From: Lingula anatina
Lineage: Eukaryota; Animalia; Brachiopoda
DNA: 64,000 bases
NCBI GenBank assembly: GCA_051362555.1
Contig: CM120641.1
Coordinates: 7,068,001-7,132,000 of the forward strand
Reading direction: 5' to 3'
In this document: positions 36,807 through 49,169 of the stretch, in pieces
Position numbering within the stretch: the stretch's first letter is position 1
Layout: every line of letters starts with the position of its first letter
Program-made: the position numbers and the translations under genes
The notes under the pieces: generated by a model
The model's input: the letters and a program-made list of their open reading frames with translations, nothing else
The model's database searches: none
What the model was told of the DNA's origin: nothing

Positions 36807-37145
36807 CACTAGTGGGCTGGATTTGGTCTTAAAGTGCAATTTAAGTTCACAAGTGATCTTATATGATCTTAATCATTACAGCAGTAGTCTTAAATGGACT
36901 GAATCTGCTTTTAAGATCAAAAATGATCTAACATGTACTTAAGTGGTCAAGCAGTTTCCTCCCCTCACAATGGGGGATGCCTCCCCTCACAATAGATAAC
37001 ACCTCTGCTCACAATAGGAGAATGTGTAAGGGGAGATAACTTAATTGGCTGTCAGACCAGAAATGGCCTTACTCATGGTTTAAGATCATGTAAGACTATT
37101 TGTGAACTTAAATTGCACTTTAAGACCAAATCAAGCCCACTAGTG
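36807..37145. mobile_element. CACTA/EnSpm-like MITE with 3-bp TSD
   Basis: tat|cactagtgggctggatttggtcttaaagtgcaatttaagttcacaa ... ttgtgaacttaaattgcactttaagaccaaatcaagcccactagtg|tat. Confidence 0.88.
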
Positions 37146-38807
37146 TATAAACCACTTTCATTAGTTTACTATACATCTAAAATTAAGTTGACATGCCAAG
37201 TCATAAACCAAATTAATTGTTCAGCCAATTGGGACGGCGTCAACGGGCAGCATCTGTACTTAGCAAAAGGAAATATATACACCAACGTTTTATTTTTTTT
37301 TCAAAAGGAATTTAATTTATTCATTTTTAATCTACAAAGTAGTAGATTTATTATTAAAGTATTAAAGGCACAAAAAAATATCGCGTAAGATTTTTTGATG
37401 ATTAATAACCTCTTATCCCCTTTTAAACATCTCTATGGTATCAAGTTCTATTGGGATGCCAGGGCTATGATAGATTCATCTTTGTATTATTGACATCCAC
37501 TCCACATCTCATTAGTATTATGTTGAACTTAATGCCAGGCATTGTGCATTCTTAAATAATTCAACAGTAATTATGAAAGCATAAAGTTTGAAATTAATAA
37601 GGTAGCTTTTAGTTCTAAAGCATGAGCTTGATTTACAAAGAGATGGGTTGAAAAGGCCTTGGCTTGAACAAAATCCCAACGAAGTCACAGACAATTTTGA
37701 ATTAAAAATAGATTAATTGCATACCTAATAAAGCAGAACAGAATCTATGGTTAAGAACAACTTTTATTACCTATCTTGCGTATGGCAGACTATAAAACTT
37801 TTATTCCTTTTTTTTTGTCTCTGAAGAATTAATTTTGAGAATTCTGCGCTTCTTACATGACTTTGAGAGAAACAATTCAGGCAAATAGTTGAGATCCTAG
37901 GTATTAATAAGTTTACAGATCAGTTAGGTGCAGAAAACTTGGGTGCTACAGATAAAGAAAAATGCCCGTGTTCTTAGGTATTAAAATACTTACTTAGTAA
38001 AGTGTGGAAAATTCAGGTTAAACAGGTAAGAGAAAGTGGTTGTGATCTTTAGCATCAATAAGATAACTGTCATAATATTGCAGATGTGGAAAAATGTGGG
38101 AAAAATGCTTGTGATATTCCAGATATTTATTTATTTAATTACCACCTAAGGATGAAAGAAATAAAAAAAAAACATGAACATAGTATCTAACACACACAAA
38201 AAAATATTCTTATATATGGTCAGGCTGAAATCTAACACGATGAGTAAAAATGAAATAAATTTTCAATGAGAGAGAATCATATGAATACATAAAATTTCAA
38301 GCATTTTTCCTAAACTGTTGTGCACAAGTTATCATGTAATTGGTTCAACTAATGAGTGTGTTTTATGATGTACACATGAAAATGGACTAAAATGCTATGA
38401 AATTATATGCCCATGGGACCGACATGCAGCTAAATATCCCGTGTGGGGGAAAAAAAAGAAAGAAATTATCATTTTGTAATCTTCTGTATGCAAGATGAGG
38501 GATGTAATTTATCTATTTATAATTTTTAAATGTCTGTGACTTGGGATTTTCAACCCCCTAGGCAGGACTGAAATGTCTTGTAAAATTATATGACAAGATA
38601 ATTAATTCAAACGACTTTCTCCATTCTTTATTGTCAAAAGGCTCATCAGGGGCACACAATTTTTATCTTTAGTTTTATATGTCTGTCCATTTGACAGCAT
38701 TGCTACCTTGTTTTTATTTATTGTTGGTTAGATATTCTTTGGATTACTGCCACTACACAGCAGACTAGAACCAAACATTTTTTCAATAAACATGTGTGCC
38801 AATGTGT

Positions 38808-38970
38808 CAGGGGCGGATCCAGAGATATTTTCTGACAGTCTTCCATCTTTGTTGATCCATCCTCCATTTTTGACCGTCTTCCGACAGAAAAAATTGGATA
38901 CCTGTCAATGTAAACTTGAAAATCTGACCGTCTTCTAGAAGACCCAGAAGACGGCCTAAATCCGCCCCTG
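38808..38970. mobile_element. hAT-like MITE downstream of the MNAT1 stop codon
   Basis: TIR caggggcggat ... atccgcccctg; flanks aatgtgt/aatgttt form an imperfect TSD. Confidence 0.8.
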
Positions 38971-39282
38971 AATGTTTACAATGTATGTGTCTCCTACTGT
39001 TGTAGCATTTACTTTCAAAGACTGAGAAAGTCCTTTTTGCACATTTATGTCTTCTTGGTGAGTTAACATTTAACTCAAAAACTACAAGTTTGGCTCCTAA
39101 TACTGCTACAAACAAAACAAACAATTATAATAGAAGGAAACTGTCTTATATAAATATATTGACAAAAAATGAACTGTTATCAACATAAGGTGTAAACTTG
39201 AAGTCTGCATTTTTCATTGGCGCCATTTTCAATTTCCTAACTTCATGCAACATTTTAGTAGCATCTGTCACGAAAGTGAAGA

Positions 39283-40933
39283 TCATCCAATGTCCATGTC
39301 AGCATGACTGTCACTACTACTTGAACTGGGCGCAGGAGATGGAGAGACATCACACTGGAAGAAAAGTCCACAGAGTGCCTCCTGGAGCGCCCTCTGGCAG
39401 CTGTATATGGCCTGGAAGCCACCTGCTTGCTGGGTGCTTGATGCTTGTGGAACATTTGCCAGGTGTCTTAAAATATAAATATCAAGGTTGACAAGCAATA
39501 TGTTTGTGCAGTGTTTTATCTTCAATAAACTTTAAATTTGGCAAACAGCCTGGACCATATACTAAAAGCTTAAATATATCTACATTATGAACCTAAATGA
39601 CTTGCTATTGAATCCATCAGCATAAAAGCTAGTGCACACACAATCAATTTACACATTATATATTTTTATTTCTTAGCCTAAAAAATTAAGCAAAACATGT
39701 TGATCACTCCCACCCCCAAAACACAAAAGTAAGGTATAAACTGAAATGAACTGATGAAGCAACTTCATCATTAGCCCACTTACCCTGTATGTTCCAAGTC
39801 TGGTACTGGTGGACCACAGGTATCCATGACTAGCGGGGTGTAACTGTACAGAATACCCTCAACCTTGGGTATGGGAACAAACACATTGTGGTGACCATGA
39901 CCCTACAAAAAACAAACAAAGAAAGGAACTGAGATTTTAAAAAATATATGACAAATATTAACATAAATGTGTGTATCCTTCCATGGAAAAAATGACAAAA
40001 TTGTCAGAAGAAGATTAACATATTGTATGTTTATTCCTCAATACAGGATAGAAAGGAAAACCTAATAACATAATTCATCCACTAAGTACCACAACAACAA
40101 AAAAAGCACCACTTGACTTTGTTCCAGCAAGCTAAAAAACGTAACAAAACTTACAAAAGCATGCAACATAAATTAATTATGATACTCTTTAAGACCATAT
40201 TGCATCACCAAACAATTCTTTCTAAAGATCAAAGGATGTTTTCTATCAACCTGCACACAAGTATCTAAACTTTGCACAATGCCAGACAGAACAATAAAAT
40301 CAAATGAGTGAAGTGAGGAACTGATATTAATGTGACATTACCACTTTGATGCCAGTAGAGAAAGCTGTGGCTGCTTGTTTTGGTATGTTCTTAGATTCCT
40401 CTGCCCTTGTTATTGCTGTGTGCTCCTTGTGACTTGCAATGATCATGGAGGCAGGCATGTCAGAAAACATCTGAAAATAATAACAACATATTTAAGTCTT
40501 CCTGTCTAAGGTCTAACTGAAATTGATTAAAATTTGTACAAAACAAGCAAAGAATTTCATCATATATACAGGTAATTTATATACATGGTCTATAGAAATA
40601 ATGATGAGATAGTATTGTTCTTGACCTAGAGAATTATAATAAGAGTCATACACTACATTTCAAATGATTAAGGTGGTGGATGGAAAGTTAACATGCCTCC
40701 CAATATTTAGTCTCTAAATCAAAAATAGCCCTGTTTGAATACTATAAATGAATTCCCCTTTTTTAACAGAGAAAGATGTCTTATGTCTAGCAAGACTTTA
40801 TTAAAGATAACATTCTTGTAAGGGAGGAAACTTTATATATGAACATGTCACCCAGAAAGGCCCACAGATCTGCTGAGATTAACTCAGGATAGAGAAGGTA
40901 ACTGAATCTTCTATCACGGTTAGCAAGGCACTA

Positions 40934-40964
<31 letters not shown>

Positions 40965-43900
40965 CTTTATAAGTCCTTAGATTACCAGCCTACTTGTAAC
41001 ACACCCACCTACCAAATCATCTATTAAAGATTCTTTATCTTTCTTCTTCTTCCTCTTTTCCTCCACCTCCTCCAGAAGTTGCTGTTGTTTTCTGGCCTCT
41101 GCCTCCACTCTCTCATGTTCCAAGTAATACTCTATTAACTCTTCATCTTTGCTCTGCAAACAAAGTGAAAGCGATAAATGTTAAGTTTGTTTTCTTGTAT
41201 GTTAGTTCATTATTATTAATATTATTAATACTAATACAATTATTAATGACAGCCAAGTATAATTATTTATCCCAACTCCAACAGACATTGTTAGATCAAA
41301 AACTACTCTCCATGATTTTATCAAAGTAAATTTTGAACATTTAAATGGTGGCAAACATATCATATGTTTATGACACAAAATAGTAAAATAAATTACAACA
41401 TGAAAATAAAAAATAAATTAATCTGAGAACCTACCAGCTTTGACCTGTTCTTTGTGATGCTTTCTCTGTTTACTTTCTTATATTGCTCTATCTTTCTTTT
41501 GGTTGCCTCTGTATCTACACCATTGACTAGATTAAATACTAAAGGATCAGAAAGAATGCAGAAATTAGAAATCTACACTCACTAAAAGCCAATAATGTTT
41601 AATAAAAATTATGATTCAAATATAAAAAAGTCATCTTGATATCAAATGTACAACTTTAACTTTCACAATCTTAGTTGCCATTTGTACAAGGACAGTAAAA
41701 GAATGGAAGACCATTGGAAACAATTATATATCATCACAAAACATTTTACAATACATTCAGTACTGAATGAGCAGGCAATATACAGAAGCAAAAGCATTTT
41801 CCTAATACAGGGTTTTGATTACCATGTCCTTCCCCAAGGGTAGAATATCCTTTGACCACACCCTCCTTTTCCAACCACTAAGTTGTGATGAATAATGACC
41901 AAAAATATTCATCAGCTTGGTATTATAGGATAGATATACTCTAAAGACTTATATGTACACAAGCATAACTTTTTATAAAGTCAAAATGTCCCAGTAGATA
42001 ACTGCCAGATTAGCTAGCTTAAATGTCTGTCCCACCTACTAAAAGCTGTAAGGGGGTAATTAACTACCATGCACGCTCGGCTGACAGCAATTTAGCGTGA
42101 ACCCCCAGGGAGTTAGGTCGATCTAGATGGATTGATCCAAATCTATAGGAATGCACTCTTACTTATTGTTTCTATTTCCTCAAGGTAGTCATTATACTCT
42201 CGCAGTGACTCAAAGTCCTCTTCTTTTTTGTTGAAACTGAAATATATCAAAAGTTTTTCTTATAACTTGACAAAAAATAATGCTACTAGCTTTTGACGTT
42301 GTGTTTGAAACATCAAGCAAGAATTAACAACACCCTGTGGGTAATTAGTACTAGTACGTCCCTGTCAGCAGTTGCACCTAGGACTCCAATTTTGTCAGAT
42401 TAACCCTTCACCACTGGTGGCTGAGGCATGATGTATGTGAAGGGCCCCTACAGGAAACCCTGACAGAAGCTGCCCAAATTGTTTGTGTAAGGAAATGCTA
42501 AGCTCATGGCAAGTAACTCTACAATGAACCAGGAAAAAAGTTATATTATTTTAAAAATAATAAATTTATTGGGAGGAAAGGAGGATCCGTGGTGGCTGCG
42601 CATACGCGGTTGCTAGTAGACCTTAATCACGTACGCACAAGTGCTAGTAGAGCATGTTATACAATTGCGAGGATAGCTAATTAAATAACGGAGCCCATAT
42701 GACCCTAGGGGTCATCTATGGTCCACTAATTTTTCGCGATACGGCCATGTGAACATATGAACCGACTACTGATCAGTGTCCAGTCGAAGCTACGACCAGC
42801 GAAGACGACAGGTAAAAGAGAACCTTGTTGGTAAGTACGAAAACGCCTCCCACCACCCAACCCCTTGACACCAGAACCGAGAATGGGTAAGCATCATTTA
42901 TTATACAACTAATTAATAACTGTCAATTAAATATGAATAAGAATGGCGTTTCACATACAACCCACCTTATGCCATTATTATTATCAGTTTACCGTAAAGG
43001 AATGCACAGATATATATATGTATATATGTATATATGTAGGCATAGTATGATAACAATTTAAAAATTCTGGTGCGGCCGGCTCACGACTCCTATCCTCCAA
43101 TACTTAAAGGATATTCGTAAACATCCTATAAACTGATAATTGGCATAACCGAGCTATTTCGGACAATAAAGTATTTTTCTGACAAGCATCTGTCTGACAA
43201 AAACCAATTTTACATTGTATCATAACACATATAATTTTCACTTGTTAAAAACAAAAGATGGTTAAGTGGAGTCCTTTATTTAAATAATGCACTGGATTCA
43301 TACTCTCTTCCCTTCCAAAGGAGAAAAAAAAATTGCACAGAACCCTGCATTCATCTTGACATTCTGGACCTTTTAATGTAATAATAAACATCATCCGGCT
43401 GGTGTACTACAAACAATGCTTGAAATGGCAAACAATGAACCAAAAGCACTACAAACAAAACACCTGACAGATGAAATGTAGGCTTCAATAATTCATGATG
43501 ACCTGCTAAAAGCAGCTTTTACTAAACTATAATTGTCTGTGCATAAATAATGCATGAGTGATTTTTAGAAATTAAAAATTTATATTTCTAATAGTTTGGT
43601 ACAAAACATTTATTACAAAACAGCAATTTCCCATTTGTCACGAGAGCATTCAGTCTGACATTACTGAACATTGTGCTAGTATCTGCATTGCAACGCACCA
43701 TTACCCCCCTTGAAACTCACTCTTTTAGAATTTTCTTCCTAATATCTACTTCCTTCTCCACCAGAGGGTCTTCAAACAGCTGGAGTCTGAAGTCATTTCT
43801 CCTTAATGCTGTGCCACACTCCGGGCATGCACCAGAGCCACGGATAAAAAGTAAGTCCACACATGTCTCACACCTGAAAAAAATTATCACTGATAAGAAT

Positions 43901-46296
43901 TTTCAGGTGATGGATTTCCTAGTTTTTTTTTTTTTTTCAGTCCAAAATATTAGCCTTGATATTTGCATAAATCTGATGAGAAAAAAATGGAGGGGGAAAA
44001 GATCAGACTACTGTACTGCACAACTGCACATGCCTGAGCCTTTTAAATAAACGTTGTTTACAGGGAAGAATATTTCATTCCAATATTATCTTTTTGTATT
44101 ACCAGACTGAATAAAGATGGAAACACCCCTGATCCACCCTGGTGACTGCATGTATATGCCTACTTGCAAATACCCATGAACATTATCTAGTTATATATAT
44201 TCTAGGGAACTCTCACTTCTAATGTACTCAGTGGCATTTCACACCAAGACACGCTGCACATTTCTGGGTCTTGGAATGCATGAATTTGATTTATACAAGG
44301 GATAGCATAAACTGTGTGAAGTGAGGGGTGAAATATGCCAGTACCCTCTACCAAGGCCCTCCGATTTATTATGTGCACTTTTTTCCAACTCGCCCTACCC
44401 TGTCTCTTTCAGCTATCTGGAAGCAATAAATTTTGTAGCATGCAAGGGACATTGCATCTGCACTGCAGTAGCTAGGAGAATAGAAATGATGCTGAACACT
44501 TGTTATGCCACCCGTCTTCTCTTGTCTGTCTGGTAATCATGTCACATGGTTAGGAACACGGTTGGATGTTAATCAGTTATAATGAACATAATCTAATGAA
44601 TCTTGAGATGCATCTGCATGTAGACCCCAGCTTTTAGTTTGATGAACGCTCCAAAGTTATCAGGAGTTAACCACCATTTTTTCATCTGGAATTCCCCTGA
44701 AAAATGCTTGTCTGAATGAACTTTTCACTTATGTGATTTTTTTCATGCCTCTTCTTGACTTCCCACTTGGCAATCTGTACTGGAATAATAATCTGGAATA
44801 ATAATCCTACACATACTTGTATTTTGTGACATTTTAACATGATATGACACCAGTCAGACTCCAAAATGCACACGTGGTTGCAGACTGGTCTGGTTATTTG
44901 AAAGAGAACAAAATTTATAAACTAAAAAGGGACTAACTACTAGTATGTCCACATTTATTTTCAACTGAAAGTGTAGAAACGGAGTAGAAATAATTACTAT
45001 TTCAAAAAATTGCAACATTTGAGCATTTTGGAGGAAATTCTCTCGAACAAAATTGTGGCCCACTCCCATGGAATTCCGAGTGTGAAAAGAACAAAGTATT
45101 TATCTTTACTTTACGAAGATATAGGGCTGGGACTTACAAACAAATAGCAAGATGATATAGCATGGGTTATTAAGGTACATGGCAATTCTATTTAAAACAC
45201 TGAAAAATACTTTCCCATGTTGATTGTTTTTCTTCCTTTTTGCAGTATGATAGACTAATTTGGAATTTAAAGTCAATTTCTGTAGTTTTTAGTTTCATTT
45301 ACCGATCAAGTTGACAGCCCTGATGGCGTACAGCAAATCAAGCAATTAAGGTCAGAGCAATTAATGGTCTTTAATTGAAATCAGAGGAATTTGGTAAGGA
45401 CTTGTGAACTAACAGTGCCTAGCAAAAATGCAAACAATTATTTTTTATAATATAATTATCCGTGAGATTTCAGAATAGGGTCACAGTGGAAAACATGAGA
45501 AATGAATTAGCAAGAGACATATCTGTGAATATCAAGTTAAAAATCAATCTGTGGCCCTGGCAGAGGTTAATATGCCACTGTGTATGCCTGTTAGACCTGG
45601 ACATTGCAGCTGAAGGCTTTTGTTTTCATAAATTGGATAATGGTGTGGCATGGCTCAAATGTTCCATGATCAGACATAGATTCTCAGTTTGTTCACTGAG
45701 CTTTTTAAAATAAAAATTGTTTAGAGAGAAGAAAATTTTATGCCAATGTTAAGAGCTGTAACTCTTTTTGCATTACCTGCGCCTTGAGATATTGCATGTA
45801 TGGATGTACGTGTATGTCCCTTTTTTTTAGATGTATTTTGAAGAGCTTTGTTAAGTATTAGTACTGCAGCATCACATAAGAAACCAATGGGATAGTCCTA
45901 GCATAATGAAAAGACGAAAAATAATTAGTTGACGTGTTTGAAATGATCTAGTTTTAACAAGTGATTTACTTCTAGTAGTATACTACTACAGTAGCCCAAG
46001 TCGGTTAGACGGGGCCGTAGCAATAGTCCGAAGGTTCAATAGTCCGAAGGTTCATTGGTCCGAATATTCACTATAGAACCTTCGGACCAATGAACCCTTG
46101 TTTAAAAAATCGATGAAAATGTTACCACTTTTCGGACCAATGAACCTTCGGACCAATGAACCTTCGGACTATCGAGACGCCCCCGGTTAGACAAGTTAAC
46201 GACTTACAGTGTGTGTCCACAAATGTTCACCATCAACTTCAGTGACGGGTTTCTATATTTAGTCGTCCTACATCTAGGACAGTACTGGTCTTCCAT
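39283..46296 (-). CDS. MNAT1: CDK-activating kinase assembly factor MAT1 (8 coding exons)
   Basis: Exons 46208-46296 ([30 protein letters not shown]), 43721-43873 ([20 protein letters not shown]...[17 protein letters not shown]), 42163-42236 ([22 protein letters not shown]), 41435-41538, 41013-41153, 40342-40470 (AFSTGIK), 39784-39902, 39283-39466 ([22 protein letters not shown]). C3HC4 RING domain; all phases consistent. Confidence 0.96.
40936..40964. repeat. (GAT)n microsatellite in an MNAT1 intron
   Basis: Directly visible. Confidence 0.9.
42567..43102. mobile_element. Unclassified CpG-rich insertion with imperfect TIRs in MNAT1 intron 2
   Basis: Left end tattgggaggaaaggaggatccgtggtggctgcgc versus reverse complement of the right end tattggaggataggagtcgtgagccggccgcac; the interior is CpG-rich, unlike the flanking intron. 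Confidence 0.5.
46011..46183. mobile_element. Mutator (MULE)-like MITE with 9-bp TSD in MNAT1 intron 1
   Basis: Exact TSD cggttagac at 46002-46010 and 46184-46192; GGGG...CCCC termini; arms built from 15-bp tandem units (gtccgaaggttcaWt / aatgaaccttcggac). Confidence 0.9.
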
Positions 46297-46379
46297 TTTG
46301 ACCTAACGAAAGTTACGATGACCACACGATGTTTGAGATAGTCATGTTCTTGTTGAAAATGCGGATTTGGTCACCAAAA

Positions 46380-46396
46380 ACAATAGATGGCGCTGG
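46380..46396 (+). promoter_or_regulatory. CTCF-like motif just upstream of MNAT1
   Basis: acaatagatggcgctg versus the CTCF core ccactagatggcgctg (two mismatches), about 85 bp upstream of the ATG. Confidence 0.45.
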
Positions 46397-46787
46397 CCAG
46401 CAAGACGGATCGCACTGCTACAGACTTCCCTCACTGTTCACGGTCAAACCTAACGTTAATAGGCCTAATTTATTTCGACCATTAATTTTCCTAGCTCAGC
46501 AAATATGAGAAGATACCAGCATTATTGCAACGTCTCTGCAAGATTATAGTCTACCACCACATAATAAAAAAGTAGGCCTACTGGTCAAACGAAAGTAGCA
46601 CAAATTACCCTGTCTAATTTTAGGTCGGTATAGGCCTACGCACAGTATAGAAAGATACGTTTTAGTTATTTTGGTACAAATATATGGAGTCAGCTCCAAA
46701 AATACCAGGAATGCCCAAGTGACTTCAAGATGCTTTTGGCCACTTGGGTGGAGGATAAATTGTACACTATGTAGATATACATGTATG

Positions 46788-46958
46788 CAGGGGCGGATCC
46801 AAGATTATTTGAAGGGGGGGGGGGGTATTTTGGTATTTTAGAGGGCGAACGGTGGCATTTGGTACAGTTTACAACTATGACTCAACTGGTCAAAATTCTA
46901 ATTTCAAGAGGGGACCATTGGAGTGATTTTTTAAAATCTGAAATCAAATCCGCCATCG
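46788..46958. mobile_element. Degenerate hAT-like MITE (CAGGGGCGGATC family)
   Basis: caggggcggatcc left end and eroded aaatccgcc right end, similar to the termini of 38808-38970. Confidence 0.5.
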
Positions 46959-49169
46959 ATATGTAACTTCTCTATCTTGAAAACGGAGAGCAACACAGCT
47001 GCCATATTTTCAAAGTGAGCGGCTTATTTATCACTTGAATGTGTAATGCTGTCGTTTCTGCACAATAATGCACATTGTGGAAAATGTTTTTATGCCCGGG
47101 GTCCGACTTTGCTCTGATCTTCCCTAGATAAGTGAAATGCTCATCTTGAAGTGGGCAGATTTTTAGACCAAATAATGAAAAATAATTGTAAAAAAATGAT
47201 TGAATTTCCTTGCGTCTTTGGCAATTCTTTTGTTCTTTCTGAACATCTCTCTGAGAACTTCTAAACTTTTTTTTTCTTTTTTTTTTTTTTTTTTTTTTGT
47301 TCATTTGACTGAATTAGAATAGACTATTGCATGCATTCCTTTTTTATAAAGGCCTATGTTTATTTAACACATCATAAACAAAAAAAATTAGTCAAAAGTA
47401 AACTTTTTTCAACGGTTGGAAGGGCAGAATTTTGAGGATAGGGTTCACAAAAGAAAAATCGGGAGATTTAAGATAACAAAAAGTCTGTGTATTGACAGTC
47501 TGTCTCAAAGTCCCATAAAAGTAGACAACAGCGTATTTCAATTAACCACGAGGCGTCAACATTCTCTTTTACATGTGTGAGCGTTTCCTTTTGTGTCAGA
47601 CATCGCTCAAGTGATTTTCCACCTGTGAGTTAAGTCACAAAAATTATGAAAAACGTTTCTCACTACATTGGCAGATATACTTATTACGATTAGGTCGGGT
47701 GGTACTACGATTGACTGACCAAATAATAAAACCTATTTGACTGTAATCAATTTATGACTTAACATGGATAACGGTGGTCGGCAGCGTTTTGTTATGTGCT
47801 TGTCGCCTGGTTGAACAAGTTGATAAACTAATATCGCACACGCTTCGAAAAGTCACCTTCCATAATCATCCACTAGCTCTTTTTTGCACTATAAACCCTA
47901 ATGCAACGCTTATAAAAACTGCTCACTTCTCACTACCGAAGATGATTAATAAACCACAAAATGCAAGGGAAGAAAAATACGGTGATTACTTTTTTGTTTT
48001 TTTGTCTCATTTCAAATCCGTTGACGGAGAAGATAATTCGTCTAGTAAATCTATTATGGTATGGAATGAAACAGTTACGATACAATGGAGTGCAGTGCCC
48101 ATTTTATGATTCATAACAATAGTTAATTCTGTATAATGAATCTTGTTTCGCCCAAGCAGGTGGTCGTTCCCGTCATGACATCTCATCCGTTTCTAAAGGT
48201 TAAGTTGAAGTCTACACTGCTCATTACTTCTGTAGTTTCTGACGCCTAAACCTAATTAAACGTTCGTTTGGAGCGTTTTAGAGACTACTGTCGTTCGATT
48301 AAACAGGTGTTTCTGTTTGTTTTATCGGTCTTTCTTTTTACTTAAAACTGTTGATCAATAGAATGTTAAAAAGAACAATTAGTATATATATTTGATAGGT
48401 GCCATTTTTTCTTTTAGCTAGCTTCGTTTTTTAAAGTTTAATGTAGTGGTAGTTTCACTTCATTTTATTATATTTTTCTTTCATTTTGCAGTCACTTATT
48501 CAATAGGTGCAATAGAAATGAAGGCGGTTCTCAAGAAGACAGCTCTTTTTGAACTTAGATTTAAAAAAGTGACCATTAGTTGCCGAGAAGTAGTAGCCTA
48601 TATTTGGAGATACCGTGACCAAAATATATTGTCTCGCTAATTATAATAATTGTTTTATGATTTGAAAATTCGAATGCTTCACAAAATAACTCAATTGGCG
48701 ATCATTGAAGCTAACGGTGGAATGGACTCACTAGTAATAATCCCATAAAAATGTTTGAGAGATATATCTTAAATGAAGACTCCCTGTAAACGGTGTGAAC
48801 TGTGAGAAATCTAATGAAAGAAATGTAAATTATAGCCCCATGAAACTGTTTGAGAAATACATCATTCTGTAGGAAATGGAGACTTTCTGTAAACGTATCT
48901 AAAGTGGTAATTTTCAACAGAAGAGGAACTATCGCTGAAAACTTACATGTACCTCAAAACAAACAATAAAAAAACGTTTAGGAAAAAAGTTTTTCCCTAA
49001 ACAGCAAGTTTCTCGCAATAATGTCAAGTTAGGTATGTCTTAATATACTTTTCACAAGGACAGGCAAATTCTCAGCAGCTCAGCTAGGTCTAAATGAGTA
49101 GGCAAAGAAAGCTTAAAAACGCTATCTTCTTTTAAAAAGTTCTTTTTCGACTCCTAGATTTTACCAGTA

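Noticed and set aside
9923-39470. AAG acceptors at ESF1 12643 and 9990 and at MNAT1 39466
   Set aside because: AAG is an uncommon but accepted 3' splice site, and the 9990 case has an in-frame CAG alternative at 9981. Too few cases to call a pattern.
39973-39980. GTATCCTT U12-type donor motif
   Set aside because: It is on the + strand, antisense to an MNAT1 intron, with no associated exon.
43673-44050. 125-aa plus-strand ORF
   Set aside because: It is antisense to MNAT1 exon 2 and has no independent homology or ATG start.
46011-46183. Regularly spaced short repeats resembling a CRISPR array
   Set aside because: No unique spacers, the repeats invert around the centre, a 9-bp TSD is present, and the context is a eukaryotic intron. 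It is a MITE.
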